Made by a program: the position numbers and the translations under genes
Notes under the pieces: generated by a model
Databases searched by the model: none
What the model saw: only the letters and a program-made list of their open reading frames with translations
Told to the model about the DNA's origin: nothing
Assembly: GCF_021917145.1 (NCBI RefSeq)
Contig: NC_061076.1
Coordinates: forward strand, 12,968,768-13,032,767
Source: Hypomesus transpacificus
Lineage: Eukaryota
Direction of reading: 5' to 3'
Length of the DNA stretch: 64,000 nucleotides
In this document: piece after piece, positions 49,398 to 63,120 of the stretch
Layout: each line of letters starts with the position of its first letter
Numbering within the stretch: position 1 is the first letter of the stretch

Positions 49398-49599
49398 GCG
49401 CCTGTATGTTTTCTTTTCAGGCGCTCGTGCATAGCGCAAGTGCTGCTTTGGTATGCCATTGCAACTTTGCACAGTGTACAAACCACCTTATTGTTTGATG
49501 ATAGCGTTAAGTCGAAGTATTCCCATACTTTTGAAGCCTCAGGTATTTGGGGACTCGGGTTTCGGAACCAAGTCAGACTCTGCTGCAGCTGCCATGATA

Positions 49600-49800
49600 T
49601 TTGAGCGTTGACTGGAGCCGACCAATGACTTGAGCCAACAACGACTGACGTCATGCAAGCACCAACTACGACCAACGAGTCGAAGAGCAGACGAGGAACC
49701 GGGTGGCGACGGGGAGGTGGAGGGTCGCGCACTTGATAGCATGGGCAAACTACACAGGGAGAGATTCGTATTTAAAAGGCACGGGATCATGTGACAGCGT
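49600..49800 (+). promoter_or_regulatory. Promoter-like CpG-rich segment with a CCAAT box (~49615), a CRE 'tgacgtca' (~49648) and a TATA-like 'gtatttaaaagg' (~49770)
   Basis: Canonical element spacing (CCAAT/CRE about 120 bp upstream of the TATA). The local sequence shows no CpG depletion. Confidence 0.3.
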
Positions 49801-50331
49801 TAATTGATAGACGGGAGCGCAACTCGAAGTGAACCCAAATGAAAGCCCGACATAGGAACAGAGGAAGGAGAGTGCTCTTAGCGGGAGGAGTGAGTAGTTG
49901 ACATCATCGAGTATGCCCGAGTGCAGGGATCGGTCTTGCCTGACTGAACTTGCGCTATGCTTCATCAGAAATAGGGCTGTACAAAATTTTGGGCCGTCTA
50001 TCAGCAGTGATTGTTAGAAAAGATATCGGGACGATAGCACGGACATGCACTTCACAGCTGAAGTAGTTCTAATTAATAAATAGTGGGTATGTTGAATGCT
50101 TAGCCTATCAAGATCAAATGAAGCAGACAATGTACATGCTTCCGAGAGGCCCCTTAATCAATAGGCTAAGGCTACTGACCATTTACAATAAATTGTTACG
50201 TAAATTATTAATTGGCAGCATTTATGCCATTTAGAACATACTTTATGACTGTAAGGTGTCATTAAGTAGCCTAACTTTATATTTTTTAGGGGAAATAGGA
50301 CAAAAATACGTGCAATATTACATTAGCTCTT

Positions 50332-50332
<1 letters not shown>

Positions 50333-50389
<57 letters not shown>
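50333..50389. repeat. Poly(G) homopolymer of ~57 nt
   Basis: Direct reading of the sequence. It produces the artefactual poly-Gly ORF 50256-50465. Confidence 0.95.
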
Positions 50390-50390
<1 letters not shown>

Positions 50391-51349
50391 CGGACAGACC
50401 TGCCCCCACTGCTAAAAAAAATCCTAGAGGAAAAACTGGACTTCTGTTATGAACTGAATGTTTAGATGTTTGAAATTTAAACCGACGCACAGACCTAGTT
50501 GGCTTTAGAAGGCTGTCACAAACAAGGTGTCAATCGATAGGGCAGAGTGTAGCAGCCATCTTGACACTCCAATGAGCGATAATGCGTGAGACACTGCAAA
50601 AATTGAATTGGCAAAGGCAGAATGACAAAACAAGATCGTGGCTATGTGCGGAAGTAATACATTGTTTTGGACAAACTACTTGACATGGTTAGATAGTTTG
50701 GACCTTTGGGAATGTAACCAGTCCATTTTTGTTGGGATGTTGTGCATACCTGGACCACGCTGATCCTTTTAGGGTGAGTAAAATTGTTTGCATTGTTGTT
50801 TACAGATTTATGACTGGACAAAGACGTTAGTAAAACTTGCTGTTGCGACTTGATCTTGAAATGGTTTTCTCAAGCACAAGAATCGTAGCTTTCCAGCGAT
50901 GTATGGCATGTGTAGCGGTCTAAAAAATATATTTGTTAGAATTTAGAGCGTAGTAACTGGGGGAGGAGGGGGCAGGCGGGCCCGGACCATAAAAAGGAAT
51001 TTGTTCACTTCAGTTTCCGATTCCATTTTTGTTCATTTTTTGCAGGAGCTAATATCGGAAACTACTAATGCTTCTACCAGCAGAACCAGATGGAACACCA
51101 TTAATAAAAAATGGTCAATGCTTACTCACAGCACCATGGTTTGAGCCACCGGTTTCCCAAACTGTAACTGAATTGCTCATAACATCACATAGTCGGGGTC
51201 ACCAAAACTGTAGGGGATTTAATATTGGCCAGCAACCAAAACTATTCCGCTATGGTTTAAAGGAAGAGGGGAAACTTAACAGTGTATTAACATAATTCAG
51301 TCAAGACAATCACGTATTAGATTTGAGCATTTATTGTTACATGACATGG

Positions 51350-54300
51350 ACATGTAGATTTACTTTGGCGGAGTGGATGATCTAAGGGAAGCACTCCCTG
51401 CCTCCTTGATGCAACACATACATGACAGATGAGGCAGGGAACAATAGAGATATAATCCCCCAAACACACGCCACCACTCCGCCATGCAGACTATGTGTAG
51501 AGCGGAGCGCCACTGCTCCTGAGCCACAGGAGGACCCCCTGACATCCCACTACGTACGTACTAGTGGCAAAAACAAGCGTTTTCTGGATGCGGGGGTCAT
51601 GCTAACATTAACGATGACTAAGACTATGTGTGCATATCCATCGCGTTACATACCATCTGATGTGCGGTTTACCGAGCCGTCCCACGCGCACATCCCGTCC
51701 AGACCCGGTGCTGGACGGAAGGTGAACCTGCGACAAGCCAAATACACCGACCATCTCCCCGGTACCCTTCTCATCCGACATCGGGTAGATAGCTACCTCC
51801 AGAGAGCTGCCCCTCTTTGCGCCCGTCAGCGAACCCATCAGGATGTACACAAAGACAGCATGTACGCCGGAACACGAAGATATGCTTCTCTAGTGAGAAT
51901 GACTAGTGTCAGCAGAGCACCTGCTGTTCCCTGGCCGGTATTCAGGGTGTCTCCGCAGATATCTTGACTCGGACGCTGGATTCTGATCGATTGCTACCAA
52001 ATCAGAGCACGTCTGCGGATCACCAGTGCTGAGCCAAGATCTACAGAGACATTCTACAATGCTTGTGATCCGGTAACCTCTCATCCATACAGGGCAGAGT
52101 TACAGCTGTCTATAGAGACCCATTCCTCTAGCGCCCGTCGGCAACCCCAAAGATGTACGTGAGGCGCATGTTGTACCATCAGTGTTCCTATGTGAGAATG
52201 AGATAAACAAATGTGTCGGCAGAGCACCCGCCATTCCCTGGAGTCCAGGGCATCTCTAGAGATATCTCGATTCAGACACTATGGATTATGATTGATAGCT
52301 ACCAGATCAGAGCACGTCTGCGGATCACCACGCCTAAACCGAGATCTAAAGAGATATTCTACTGTTGTGGGTTAACAAGCCGACCCAGTCGCCATCTGTA
52401 ATGCAGGCTCGTGTATTGACACACTGCGATTAGTCCTTTGACCACATGGCCGCAAGCTCGTTCACGTCAAGCTCATAGATCTCTGGACTCCTACGATGTC
52501 CAGGGCATTGGGGCGTACATGGCGCTCGTAAGCCGAGGACGACCAGTCCCCATCATTCCAGCGTGGCTAGGCACTTGAAGATGCCCAGGTGGCAGCCCCA
52601 ATCCGGAAGCTTTGCGATGTATACCAATCCTGGGACAGCCCACAGCGAATCGTTGAGCGAACCAGGATTTCGTCATGGCCTTGCCGGCATCAGTGACAAC
52701 AGGGACTCGGAAGGCGGGACTCGGAAGGCGTCACCCCGGGCGACACGGCGTGACATAGGAGAGTGGACAAAACGCAGTTAGATCGAGAAATCACAATAGA
52801 GGCACCTTGCAAAGTATCAGGTTGGAATGTTCAGGACACTAAACGTTCACTGCACAATAGTGGTGAATTCCCCACACCGTGAAACATTAAAAGGTTGTGA
52901 AAACACTGACTCGAGTGTTATCGCGGTATAGGGCCCCAGTACCCTTGATCAGTCGGACACCAGTAATTTGAAGAGCATAGCCCTATGACAAGCAATGTCA
53001 CGGAAGGCTCACATAAGTGGCCCTCGACCAACATAACCCTCAGTGGCCTATGTGCAAGATGGGTAGATGATAGTAGACGTAATCTTGATCCGAATTCTGC
53101 TCTCTTGGCCCGTTCAGCAGCTTGCTGTGGGCTCCAAACACCTTAATTGAACACCCCAACCAGTGTGTAACACGTCTGCGCTGTGCGCTCATTGCCCCTG
53201 CTTAGACCACAAAGTTGCATCCTTCATCCATCAGTGTGGATTGAAAAACGTCCTCATGTATTCGCCGGCAGACAACATAGGCCTACATGTGCACCGCGCA
53301 CTCACCCCGGCCTAAGGTCTAGCACCGTCCGAGAAATGGCGGCATGCTTGCCTATCGGAACTCCTGAAATGAACAAGACAGTGCGCCACACCGTCTCTAT
53401 AGCCTGAAAGAATGCGGTGCGCAATGAGATTCCCACACTCTGGTCTGCAAGTGAGCAGTCTGACTAGATTGATATGCACAGACCTCCTTATGATGTGGAC
53501 CTTGCTTCGATATTATAACAGTAAACTTTTTCCTAAGCAATAACAAGCATCACGATGGAATGCAATTCATGTAAAGCCGTGAGATATGTCTCAAGAGCCA
53601 GGAAGTAACCCCGTGGCCACAAGGCCTTGTCCGGAGAGCTCGATAACCCCCACCAACCTAAAGAGGCGCAGGACGACTCCATGGAATCGTGATAAAATAC
53701 CCGAAGCCGCGCCAAAGGCCGCACAGCCCACCCAGAACGTATATCCGACCGCACCAGTCGTGTACACCATCATGAAAACTAGCACGGGTTGAGAAGTCCA
53801 ACAGACGGGACACGAACTCTGGGGCACGATGCATGCATAGAAGCGGTGCCCGAGCGGCCACCACGACGCAGAGGACACGCTCCGAGGGTAACGACGCCCG
53901 CATGAAACGCTATCAGGAAATGCCGAGACACCTAGAGGCAGCGCGGGTGGAGATCACGGAACATCTTGACAATCGTCCAGCAGGTGCACGATGCCGACTG
54001 GTGCTCATTACCAGGATCCAACATGGAGCCACCGACAGCATGTCGATGTGTGCGGGCCGCTGCGGCGGCCGATACCACCGAGAGTAGGCTACAGCTGCCG
54101 CCCACTGACGCCAATTAGGTGCCACTGAGAGGCATGCAGCAGAATGCGCGGACCACCGGTCGTTGACCTGCAGGCAGCCTGAGAAATAGCTGTCTACTTG
54201 AGATGTGAATGCCAGAGTTAAATCCAGTCCCTCAGAACAGAGACGGGAGGGACCGTTGCAATCGTTTGGTTTCTCGTAACTGATAACCTATGTACTCGCG

Positions 54301-56320
54301 GTGAATCTAAATATTGGCACTCGGAATAAAGCGTCTGCTAAATGACCAATGTACCGCAGTCACATTAACACTGATGATGTCAGTCATCCCAACCTGCAGA
54401 GACCCATTTCCGGGTGGCGGCTTCTCCCACCGGGAACTCCCGGGAGACGTGGAATGTCTGTATCGGAGTATATTGAGTACTATTGGATTCAGACACCTAA
54501 AATGATGGTTCGACTACAGTTTGTAAATTGAAATGTACAGTATATATGTTTTACCTCCCAAAAAATCCCAGACCTTATACAATGTATTTATGTATTATTT
54601 TCAGCACTACCACTAGTAACACTAAATCAACACTTGGTCCAAGGGTTCTTCCCAAACTACCTCAGAAAGGTGGGGTTAATCTCATTCAGTTTTTATATCA
54701 AATACAATTCAATATAGTAGTGCATTTGTACACGCGGTGAATCTGAATATTGGCTTCTCCCGCCCGGAACTCCCGGGAGACTTGGAATGTCTGTCTTGAC
54801 AGTTTCAAAGCATGTATGCAGATAGACGTACCTTCATGCGATGGTGCAACAGTACCCATCGACCCACTAGCCTATAGCCACAGCGTAGGGGCACTCTGAC
54901 GGCCCATCACACGTCAAATACACCCGCAACGATTTGCATAGCCACACTCCGCAAACTTAGATGCGTGAGTCCAATTATCCCCACGCTCCCACAGCATGAG
55001 TACGGTGGGGCCCACAGCTTGCTAGCTTGTTCCTTCCGGCAAGTACCTAGCATGACACTCGTAGCTAGCAACGCTAGACGCTGGTGTTTACCGTTACGGT
55101 ACCCTCTTGCCAGAGGCCCATATGTTTTGCCACACCAGCGTAGTGCATAGAGCTTGATAACCGTATGTCTATTGGACGTTCATTTGAAATGTCCGAAGTC
55201 ACTCATCCGAGATGGTAGTCTACGCTGTGGGCCCACACACGACGATAGACAGATACTGTGACGCTACTCAACTGGTTAACCGATAATATAGGGATACCAT
55301 ATTTCACCTTAGTATGTATTTGACGTTTGAAGTAATTTGGCTGCCTTAACATCTGCCCGGAGACAGCAGACGAATTTAGCGTCTCTGGCTAACTGCTCAA
55401 TACACTTTCTATTGATCAGTGCGCACCCCTGAAATAAAGAAAATTACAATGAACAATATTGGCAAGCTGTTACGTAAGCACCGGCTAATACATTCCCGAA
55501 ATCCGAGTATTCCGTTGCACAGCGTATACTACTGAATGCCATGGCAATCAAGCAATACAATCGATTTAAAGAGCCGCAGATACACAACCCTCTCATTCGG
55601 GTTCGCCATTCCTGATTACCAGCCGGTGGTGTCCTAAGACACGGTACCACGTCATTCCTCCCCTGAAGTCAATGCGAAGTCGAAGGCCACGGGAGCGCCT
55701 CCGAAGCAGTAACGGGGATCGGCGGATCCACCACTGTCGTCGACCCCTCCTCCAGCGCAACGACCCGAGCACTCGTTTCCGCCAGAGACCTCGACGTCCA
55801 GAGGGGCCAACAGCACCGGGTATTCCTCCCTGGACCAGAGCATTCTCAGCGGGCACCGTTCGGGAAGAGAAGGAAGAAGAAAGGAGCGGCCTTGCAGCAC
55901 TCCACAAACGTGCAGTTCATCATGATTACACTCAAGGAAAGAGACACGACCAAGACATAGTAGAGTCCAGGATGCGTTGAACCGCCAATCCTGGTAGTAG
56001 GCGATCTTTGAGCCGACGCGAGTTACGCCGGGCCTGGCTACCTGCATCGTCGCAACCGCTGTCGGGGTGGTTGTCAGAGGCTGCGAATCCAGGCGAATGC
56101 CCGAAACCTCCCGCAAACACCCCCAACAACAACAGGCCACCCCCGGATCGCAAGAGCCGGACACAGCAACACAGGCGAAAGCAACAACCGACAACGCAGG
56201 AATACAAACACATTGGCATGGGTGTGGTAGTGGGAGGAGTAAGGAAGGTGGAGTAAGACGCCTTACGTCCCCGATCACTGACTGACGCGCGCTGCCCGAT
56301 TGCCCTGCCAGAACTAGCTG
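51350..56320. other. ~5 kb non-coding block without CpG depletion and with internal subrepeats, of unknown identity
   Basis: A hand count in sampled stretches gives CpG o/e of about 1.3-1.5, against under 0.4 in flanking intron and exon sequence. There are no A/T homopolymers or microsatellites. All six frames have frequent stops and the longest ORF is 223 aa. The block contains a ~300-bp tandem duplication (51780-52080 / 52085-52390) and dispersed subrepeats (54290-54500 / 54730-54800). Confidence 0.5.
51780..52390 (+). repeat. ~300-bp subrepeat ×2 inside the CpG-rich block
   Basis: '...tgtgagaatga...gtc.gcagagcacc.gc..ttccctgg....cagg...tctc...gatatct.gattc.gacact..ggatt.tgattgat.gctacca.atcagagcacgtctgcggatcacca...' occurs twice. 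Confidence 0.65.
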
Positions 56321-59249
56321 CACTTATTTAAGACAATACAATGGAAATTGCAGGTAAATCATAGCAAAAATTTTCAAAATAAGGTTAAATGAAATAGATA
56401 TTATTTGAACATTGCAAATGAATGCAATCAATAACAAGGCACAAAATGAAGGTTGACTTGTACCTACTCTACCTTGATTATTGTTAACCAGAGAGAGAAA
56501 GCAAGAAGTGAGGAAGGAGTAGGACAAGCCAGAGCTGATGTGATGCCCTCAAGAGATGAAGAATCCAAAGAACAATGCTTTACAATTCCCTTTATACACA
56601 AGAACAACCAAATTAGACCACATCTTGACCCTTGATTATCAACATATGACTAGCAATGCCACAGTAAGTTACGCAATGAGGTTTGAAACCTATCAAGCAG
56701 AGACTCCGTCCAGAAACTACAGATTTGAGAATATGAGAGGTGGGAGTAGGGTGACACCCAGCCTTACAGTTCTAAAAAACATTAGCCCTTGATAGCAGTC
56801 TGTCGCTGGTCTGGCCTCCAATTCTTGCCTCCAACTCGATGTTGTGACTAGATCAAAAATAATTAATTAATGTTGGTCACATATTTCTTTCACCAAGACA
56901 ATTATGAATGCTTGTGTCAGTGAATTTTTCATATATGCTATATCTTCACCATCTTGTACGTTCAGAAGAGTCCACGTTGCCAGGTTGCTAGGCTTGAGCT
57001 GAACTATGGCAGCTGTTGGAGGTTGTTGGTCGGGCCTGTGAATACTCTGTTATGATTTTAATAAAATATTTAAAACCATCAATCAGCATGTCTTTATCAG
57101 TGTAATATTAACCTGTTTTTGGTCCTGTCGCGCCCGCAAGTCAGAAACGCTGCCCCTCCCTCCCTCAGTTACGACGCACTAAATTCTAACAAATATTTGT
57201 CTTAGACTGCTACACATGATACATAATTGGAAAGCTACGATTCTTGTGCCTCCATTGAAATAAACCATTTCAATATCAAGTCGCAACAGCAAATACAGTC
57301 AATGTCTTTGTCCGGTGACCAATATATAAACAAAGCCAAGGCAAAAAGTTGTACTCACCCTAAAAGGTTCATTTTGGTCCAGGTATGCAAACAACCCATC
57401 GAAACTTGATCTGCTTACATTCCCATGAGGTAAAATGGAATTTAAATATTATACAAGGCCGGAATTCCACACCGACACAAAAAAATGCCATCTGGACCGA
57501 AATTACAAATTCCAGTAAGTGTAACATTGCATGGCTGCTTAATCTAATGATTTTGTGTTCACTCAACTGAAAAAGTGAGATCCTTCTCTCAAAAATACTT
57601 TCTGCTCATCTCCTTGGCCTATGTCTTCGTCTTGCTCGGATTACTGCTGCCATTTCACCAAGAGGCATATGCGAGGATACCCGTATCCTGGTTTACACAT
57701 GCTTTTAAGACACGCAGAATTTAAAGGAAGTACAGGAGTAGCCTCATGACACCCAGGCAGACAAAGGTGCATGTAGTTCAAAGCTGTGTTTCTCAACTTG
57801 TGGGTCCTGACTAGGGATGGGGATAAATATTTTTTTATCAATATCAATACAATTTTCGAGACTGCCTAACGATCCGAGTCTTTATCGATACCACTATCGA
57901 TACTTTTCTGGGGTAAGCTTGAGCTAACCACCATCTAAATGAATGATTTTGGCAAATGTTAAACATATAGCAGCACCCACACAACCCACGCCACACTTTA
58001 TGTAAACAAGATTACTGAACAACATTTACAACAATAACTTAAGTAAAACAGATGTCAAATAGAAGAAGGGGAACGTGTTGCTCTCAGGAGGAGGCTGGAT
58101 AAAAGGATGGATCCTGGCTCTGGCTTAATCTACAATTGTCCACTACAGATGTACTATCCACAACCTGGATGAGTAACTAGTATAAATGACTGTGATTGGT
58201 TGGTTGACAAAAAGTGACATTGACAAGCCGTCATTGTTCAAGACTTTATGAAAACAAAAGGCACCTGATATAGCTAAATGACCAACTAACCACCCCCCAA
58301 ACCTTCCTTTTCCCATCCCTATTTTGTTCTGTCTGTGTTATTGTTTAACAAGATGTCTAAGCAGCCCACAGAGCCATGCTCCTGGTGACTATGTTTTGAA
58401 TGATCAGCAGCGGGGCGGGGGAGGCTAGTCTTAACTCACACAATGACTGTGCTTGTAAAAATCTGGTTCCCTCACACATCAAATTTTAGGGGCATATGTG
58501 AGTGAAATAGTTGCACTGTAGAACCCTGGCTCTTTTTATTGAGGCTTATTATTGTCAACGATGGATACTTGCTACGAAGTTGGGGCGCGCTGACTGCGCT
58601 CATCATGCATATCTTGGGTGGAGGAGGAGGATTGGCCGGCAGCTGGAGTTGGCACCTTTGCTTCTCAAAGACAGTCGAATGTATTTTACTTTTAGCTGAC
58701 GCACAACGTTGAGGAGTAGTGTTCCCCCCCTTACAAGAAATGATCTTCGAACGTATATTACACGTCGCTTCGTCCTTATCTTTGGCTTTATTAAAATGTA
58801 GCCAAGCCTTTGATCGCTTAGTACAGGGGTGGCTAACCAATCCAGCATAAACAGCCCACACAAACGCACCATAGCAAAGAGCCGCACATGCACGCCTGCA
58901 CTACAATAGCGGCTTACAGATCTAATGACAGTCATAATACAAAGCATAACAGTTTTTCTACGACCGCACAGTGCCTTGCGCCATTGGGGGCCTCGCGCCT
59001 GCCTGGTTTGCAATCACCAAAAAAAAATCTACTTTCAATATTTTTTTATTCCTGTTCTTGACTCGATGTGCTTTAAAATGAAATTCCTGTTTGTCTAAAA
59101 ATCTAATGTATTTTTTTCGTTCATGATTTACGTTACACCACAGGACGTTGGTGCACGCCTACGGGCGTTAGAGCAGCTGAATATTGGTTTTAAAAGCAAA
59201 TTTGCTTCTAAATAACTAAACAGAATTTTCGTATTTTCCGTACTATGCT

Positions 59250-59760
59250 TATGTAACAGACGTGGTATTGCAAGTTCCGTCAGAGGTATATGGGCCACTG
59301 TCCGCTCCGAACGGGAGTCGAACTCACCACCTCTGACTTCCCAAGCGCCACCACTACCAACTACGCCAACGAAAAGCTAGCAATTTGTTGACGCGGGTGG
59401 CCTGTTACATACTAGAGGTGGTGAGTTTGACTCCCGTTCGGAGCGGACAGTGGCCCGTATACCTCTGACGGAACTTGCAATACCACGTCTGTTACACTGG
59501 TGCCGTGACCCGGATCACTAGGTTAGCATCAGCTAGCTGGCCGGAGTAAGTTTGAGGGGTAAATGTAGCCGGTGTGTGGTGAAACTCACTCCTCAAGTAT
59601 GTAACAGGCCACCCGCGTCAATGAATTGCTAGCTTTTCGTTGGCGTAGTTGGTAGTGGTGGCGCTTGGGAAGTCAGAGGTGGTGAGTTCGACTCCCATTC
59701 GGAGCGGACAGTGGCCCGTATTCCTCTGACGGAACTTGCAATACCATGTCTGTTACACTT
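59250..59760. repeat. Repeat family D cluster: a palindromic pair (59250-59400 inverted, 59400-59512 direct) plus a direct copy (59580-59760)
   Basis: 59262-59400 is the reverse complement of 59590-59760. A further copy lies at 16745-16880. Each unit ends in 'cctctgacggaacttgcaataccacgtctgttacac'. Confidence 0.65.
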
Positions 59761-62700
59761 AGTTTCATTTCAATTCGCTGCAAACCAGAGGACCAATCAG
59801 AGTGAGGGGGCTGGGACGCGAAGAGAGCAAGCAAAACCTGCGGTGTCATTTTGTATTTGTAACATATTGGCTGACATGCATTGCACGCGTTTTTCTCTCC
59901 TTCATTGCTGACTTTTTTTTTGCCTTAGGCGCTAGGGATTTGTCATAGGCGCTTGGGAAAACGACTTTGGCGCACGCCAAAATTTTCTCTATGCAGGAAA
60001 AACCCTGCCTTCTAAACACCAAGAGCTCTGGATTTTCTTGGTGGTTGGTGACAATTTGAAGAGAGCGTGTCTCTTGAGTGCTGGTTGTGGTTGCAAGCGA
60101 GCAACTGGTGAGAGTGTTTATAATTTACGTTTCCAAACTTAGTTGTGAAGTTTTTAGCACAGACCTTACCTTACTCTGCCTTTGCATTGTTTGCAAAATG
60201 ATATGGGGTCATGCCAAGGCAAAAGGCATTAACCTCCATTTCATCGCTCACTTGGTTGTTGATCAATGGGGTTAAATGCTGCTAAATACAATGTTTGGGA
60301 CTATAGGTCGCAAATGACACGCTTTACCTTCTTCGATTAGACTACAATGGAAGTCTATGGAAGTGTCCCAACTCTCTTTTTATATGGCTCTGTGTCTACC
60401 TAGCTTTGACTACCAAGCCTTTTAATCCGTGGCATGCATACATAGTCTATAATGTCCCAGAATTTTTTGAAAATATTAACTATAACTAGATACATGTTTC
60501 TAAACTATTTGTTCTAGTTCTATCAGAGTGAAAGTTGCTAGTTGTCTAATATTAACTGTTTAGTCAGTGGCGTTTTTAGACATAAAACTGTACTGGGGCA
60601 CAGGCCCCTATATTATATTGCGCACAATGCACTATTAGGCTATAGAAACTCCCCTCGCTTAACCCACTATGTAACAGTAAGCAAGATTGATAATAAAAAT
60701 TAAAGATTAAAAATAAAAATTAATTGATAATTTAATATCAGCCTAAACTGTACAACAGAACGTTATATCGAATTCAACCAACACAATCGCTACCAAGACG
60801 AACACAGTCTAGTACTGTACTGAAGTAGTACAATTTACCGGGGCAGCTTCTCCATACAGGGCTATATCGCATTTTGCCTTGTTACTGACAATGATCGCTA
60901 CCACTGAGATTTTCATGAATGAGGGATTTTCCCCTATATAAATGTCAAGCTTATTTAAGTTTTTGGGGGCATATTTTCAGTTAGCAGATGGTACTATTTG
61001 AATCGCGATTCCATCTGAGATAGCTACTGCTGGTAACGTTGTTGTTAAAATAAGATTCAAAGGGGGTTCTTTATTAATGAATGAATGCAATATGATTAGG
61101 CTATATGCCTGAAAATATCACGAGAAGGGAAAAACTTAAAATGACGTGTAAGTCATAGAGATTAGGTCTATTTTTACACCGGTCTGCCAAATGTATTCCT
61201 TTTGATTCAATTGAGGCTGCTGATCACCATTCCCTCTTGCAGGGGAAATGAGAAAACAACTATTCCATTCTAGCCTACTCTTCACTCTTGAGTTGTAAAT
61301 GACCAGAAAAAAATCTACTTTTAAATCTATGTCATCTTTATAAATAACAAGTAGGCTATGCATTTTTTATGTAAAATATACAGAAATATCAGTTGTAAAA
61401 ATGTCATTTAAATACGGATCCCTCTGGAACCGAAGCAAGCAAGCACACCCTACAATTTCCCCAGAAATTGTACCCTCTCTAGTTATTATTATTATACATC
61501 TTCTTCTGCCATGGGAGTCTATGGCAGCCCCTAGAACCGTAGTTTCAGAAGTTGTGAAATTTGGCACACTCTTTGGGGCCAGTCCCCTCATCAATGTCAC
61601 CAAGTTTTTTGTCTCCACTTCAAACCGTCTAGCGCCACCAATGGGTCAAAGTTGGAGATGTGTTTACACATGTTACTTTTGACCCACTTGTCTCATTTTC
61701 GAAAATGAGGTATTGTTGTATTCCCTGAATCAAGACGAGTCCAAGACTATGACGTCATACCCAGTTATATAGATTTTCCTCCATTTCGAATGTTGAGGAA
61801 AAGCATTTTTTTAACTACTCCTACAATTTCTGTCGAATCTTCTTCAAAATTGCCACAGGATTGCCACACTATGGATTTCTGATTTTCGAAATCGTTTGTT
61901 AGTTACAGCCAATCAAATTGATGTGGCCGCCATTTTGATAAAGGGAATATTAAGTATTTTTCGCTACCCCTCCTATAAAGTTGGCACAGGCACTCTTCAG
62001 ACCAAGCCTCACAAAAGACATCACATGTTTTTTTGATTTTCTAAACCTTTTGACTGGAACAGCCAATCAAAGTTGTCAACCAAACCACCATAAAAGAAGT
62101 GAGGTCATATCTCAGCACCTCTTTACTGCATTGACACCAAACTTTGTATAAGGACGAGGGACCCTGTTCTAAAGAGGTCCAATAGGTCATGCCATTTCAC
62201 CTCTAGGTGGCAAAAATTTGCAGACTGCTATGACTTTTCAGCTTTCTATCTCCTATGTCTGAAACTGCAGAATTTTTTGATAGTTGAATGGTTTTAATAG
62301 CTGAAGTATTGAAGGCGCTTAAGGGTGTCACGGAAGAAATAGAAGAAGTTGAATAAAGATTCAAAGAATAATACTTAGAATGCTGAAGCAGTATTCCAAC
62401 AATAAACCAGTTTTTTGTATTTTTTCCTCCCCTTGCCCAATAAGAATCGATAAGACAATCAATAAGGAATCAAATTGATAAGCAGAAATTGATAAGAAAT
62501 CGGAATTGTTAAACTCTTATCTCATCCCTAATCCTCACACAAACTATCAAAATTATCTTAGATTTTCAAAACGGTTTGATCGGTAAAGCCAATCAAAATC
62601 CGGCAAACAGGAAGTTGGGTCGTATCTCAGCAAATCTTTGGTGAATCAAAGCTGCATTTACTCAGAACCCTGTTCTGAGGATGTCTAAAATGTTTTTCGT

Positions 62701-63120
62701 TCATGTTACCTGCTTTACTGGCTTGGACACCTCATTGCTGCTTGCAACTATATTTGACCATGATTTATTTTTTATGTTAGGGGAAGCTGAGCTTACCTTA
62801 CAGTCTTAAAGAAATTGCCACTGGTTGATAATATCAAACTATGTATTTATAGACCAACTGCAGTCTAAACACAATATGTGTGACATACTATAGGCTATAA
62901 AAAAGTTACATTTTGCTGAATGATTGAAGGGCTAGACAACAAACATTCTAATGAAATAATTACAGACTAACAACACAGAAATGAAAGACGCCATCTAATG
63001 ATCTTGACGTGTCAGGAACAATGTCCCTGTCTGAAGACTTGGAGGTAATTTGACCCCCTGTCGACGAGTAGGGTAAACCAGTTTAGCACTTCTAGTGTTG
63101 ATCATGTTTTCTGTTTGTCA

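Noticed and set aside
50256-50465. ORF encoding a poly-glycine peptide
   Set aside because: It is produced entirely by the ~57-nt poly(G) tract and is not a gene.
51422-56323. ORFs of 181 aa (51422-51967 +) and 223 aa (55652-56323 -), and Arg-rich ORFs, in the CpG-rich block
   Set aside because: Arg/Pro/Ser-rich composition with no recognisable motifs is what GC- and CpG-rich non-coding DNA yields. Their lengths are within chance expectation for ~55% GC.
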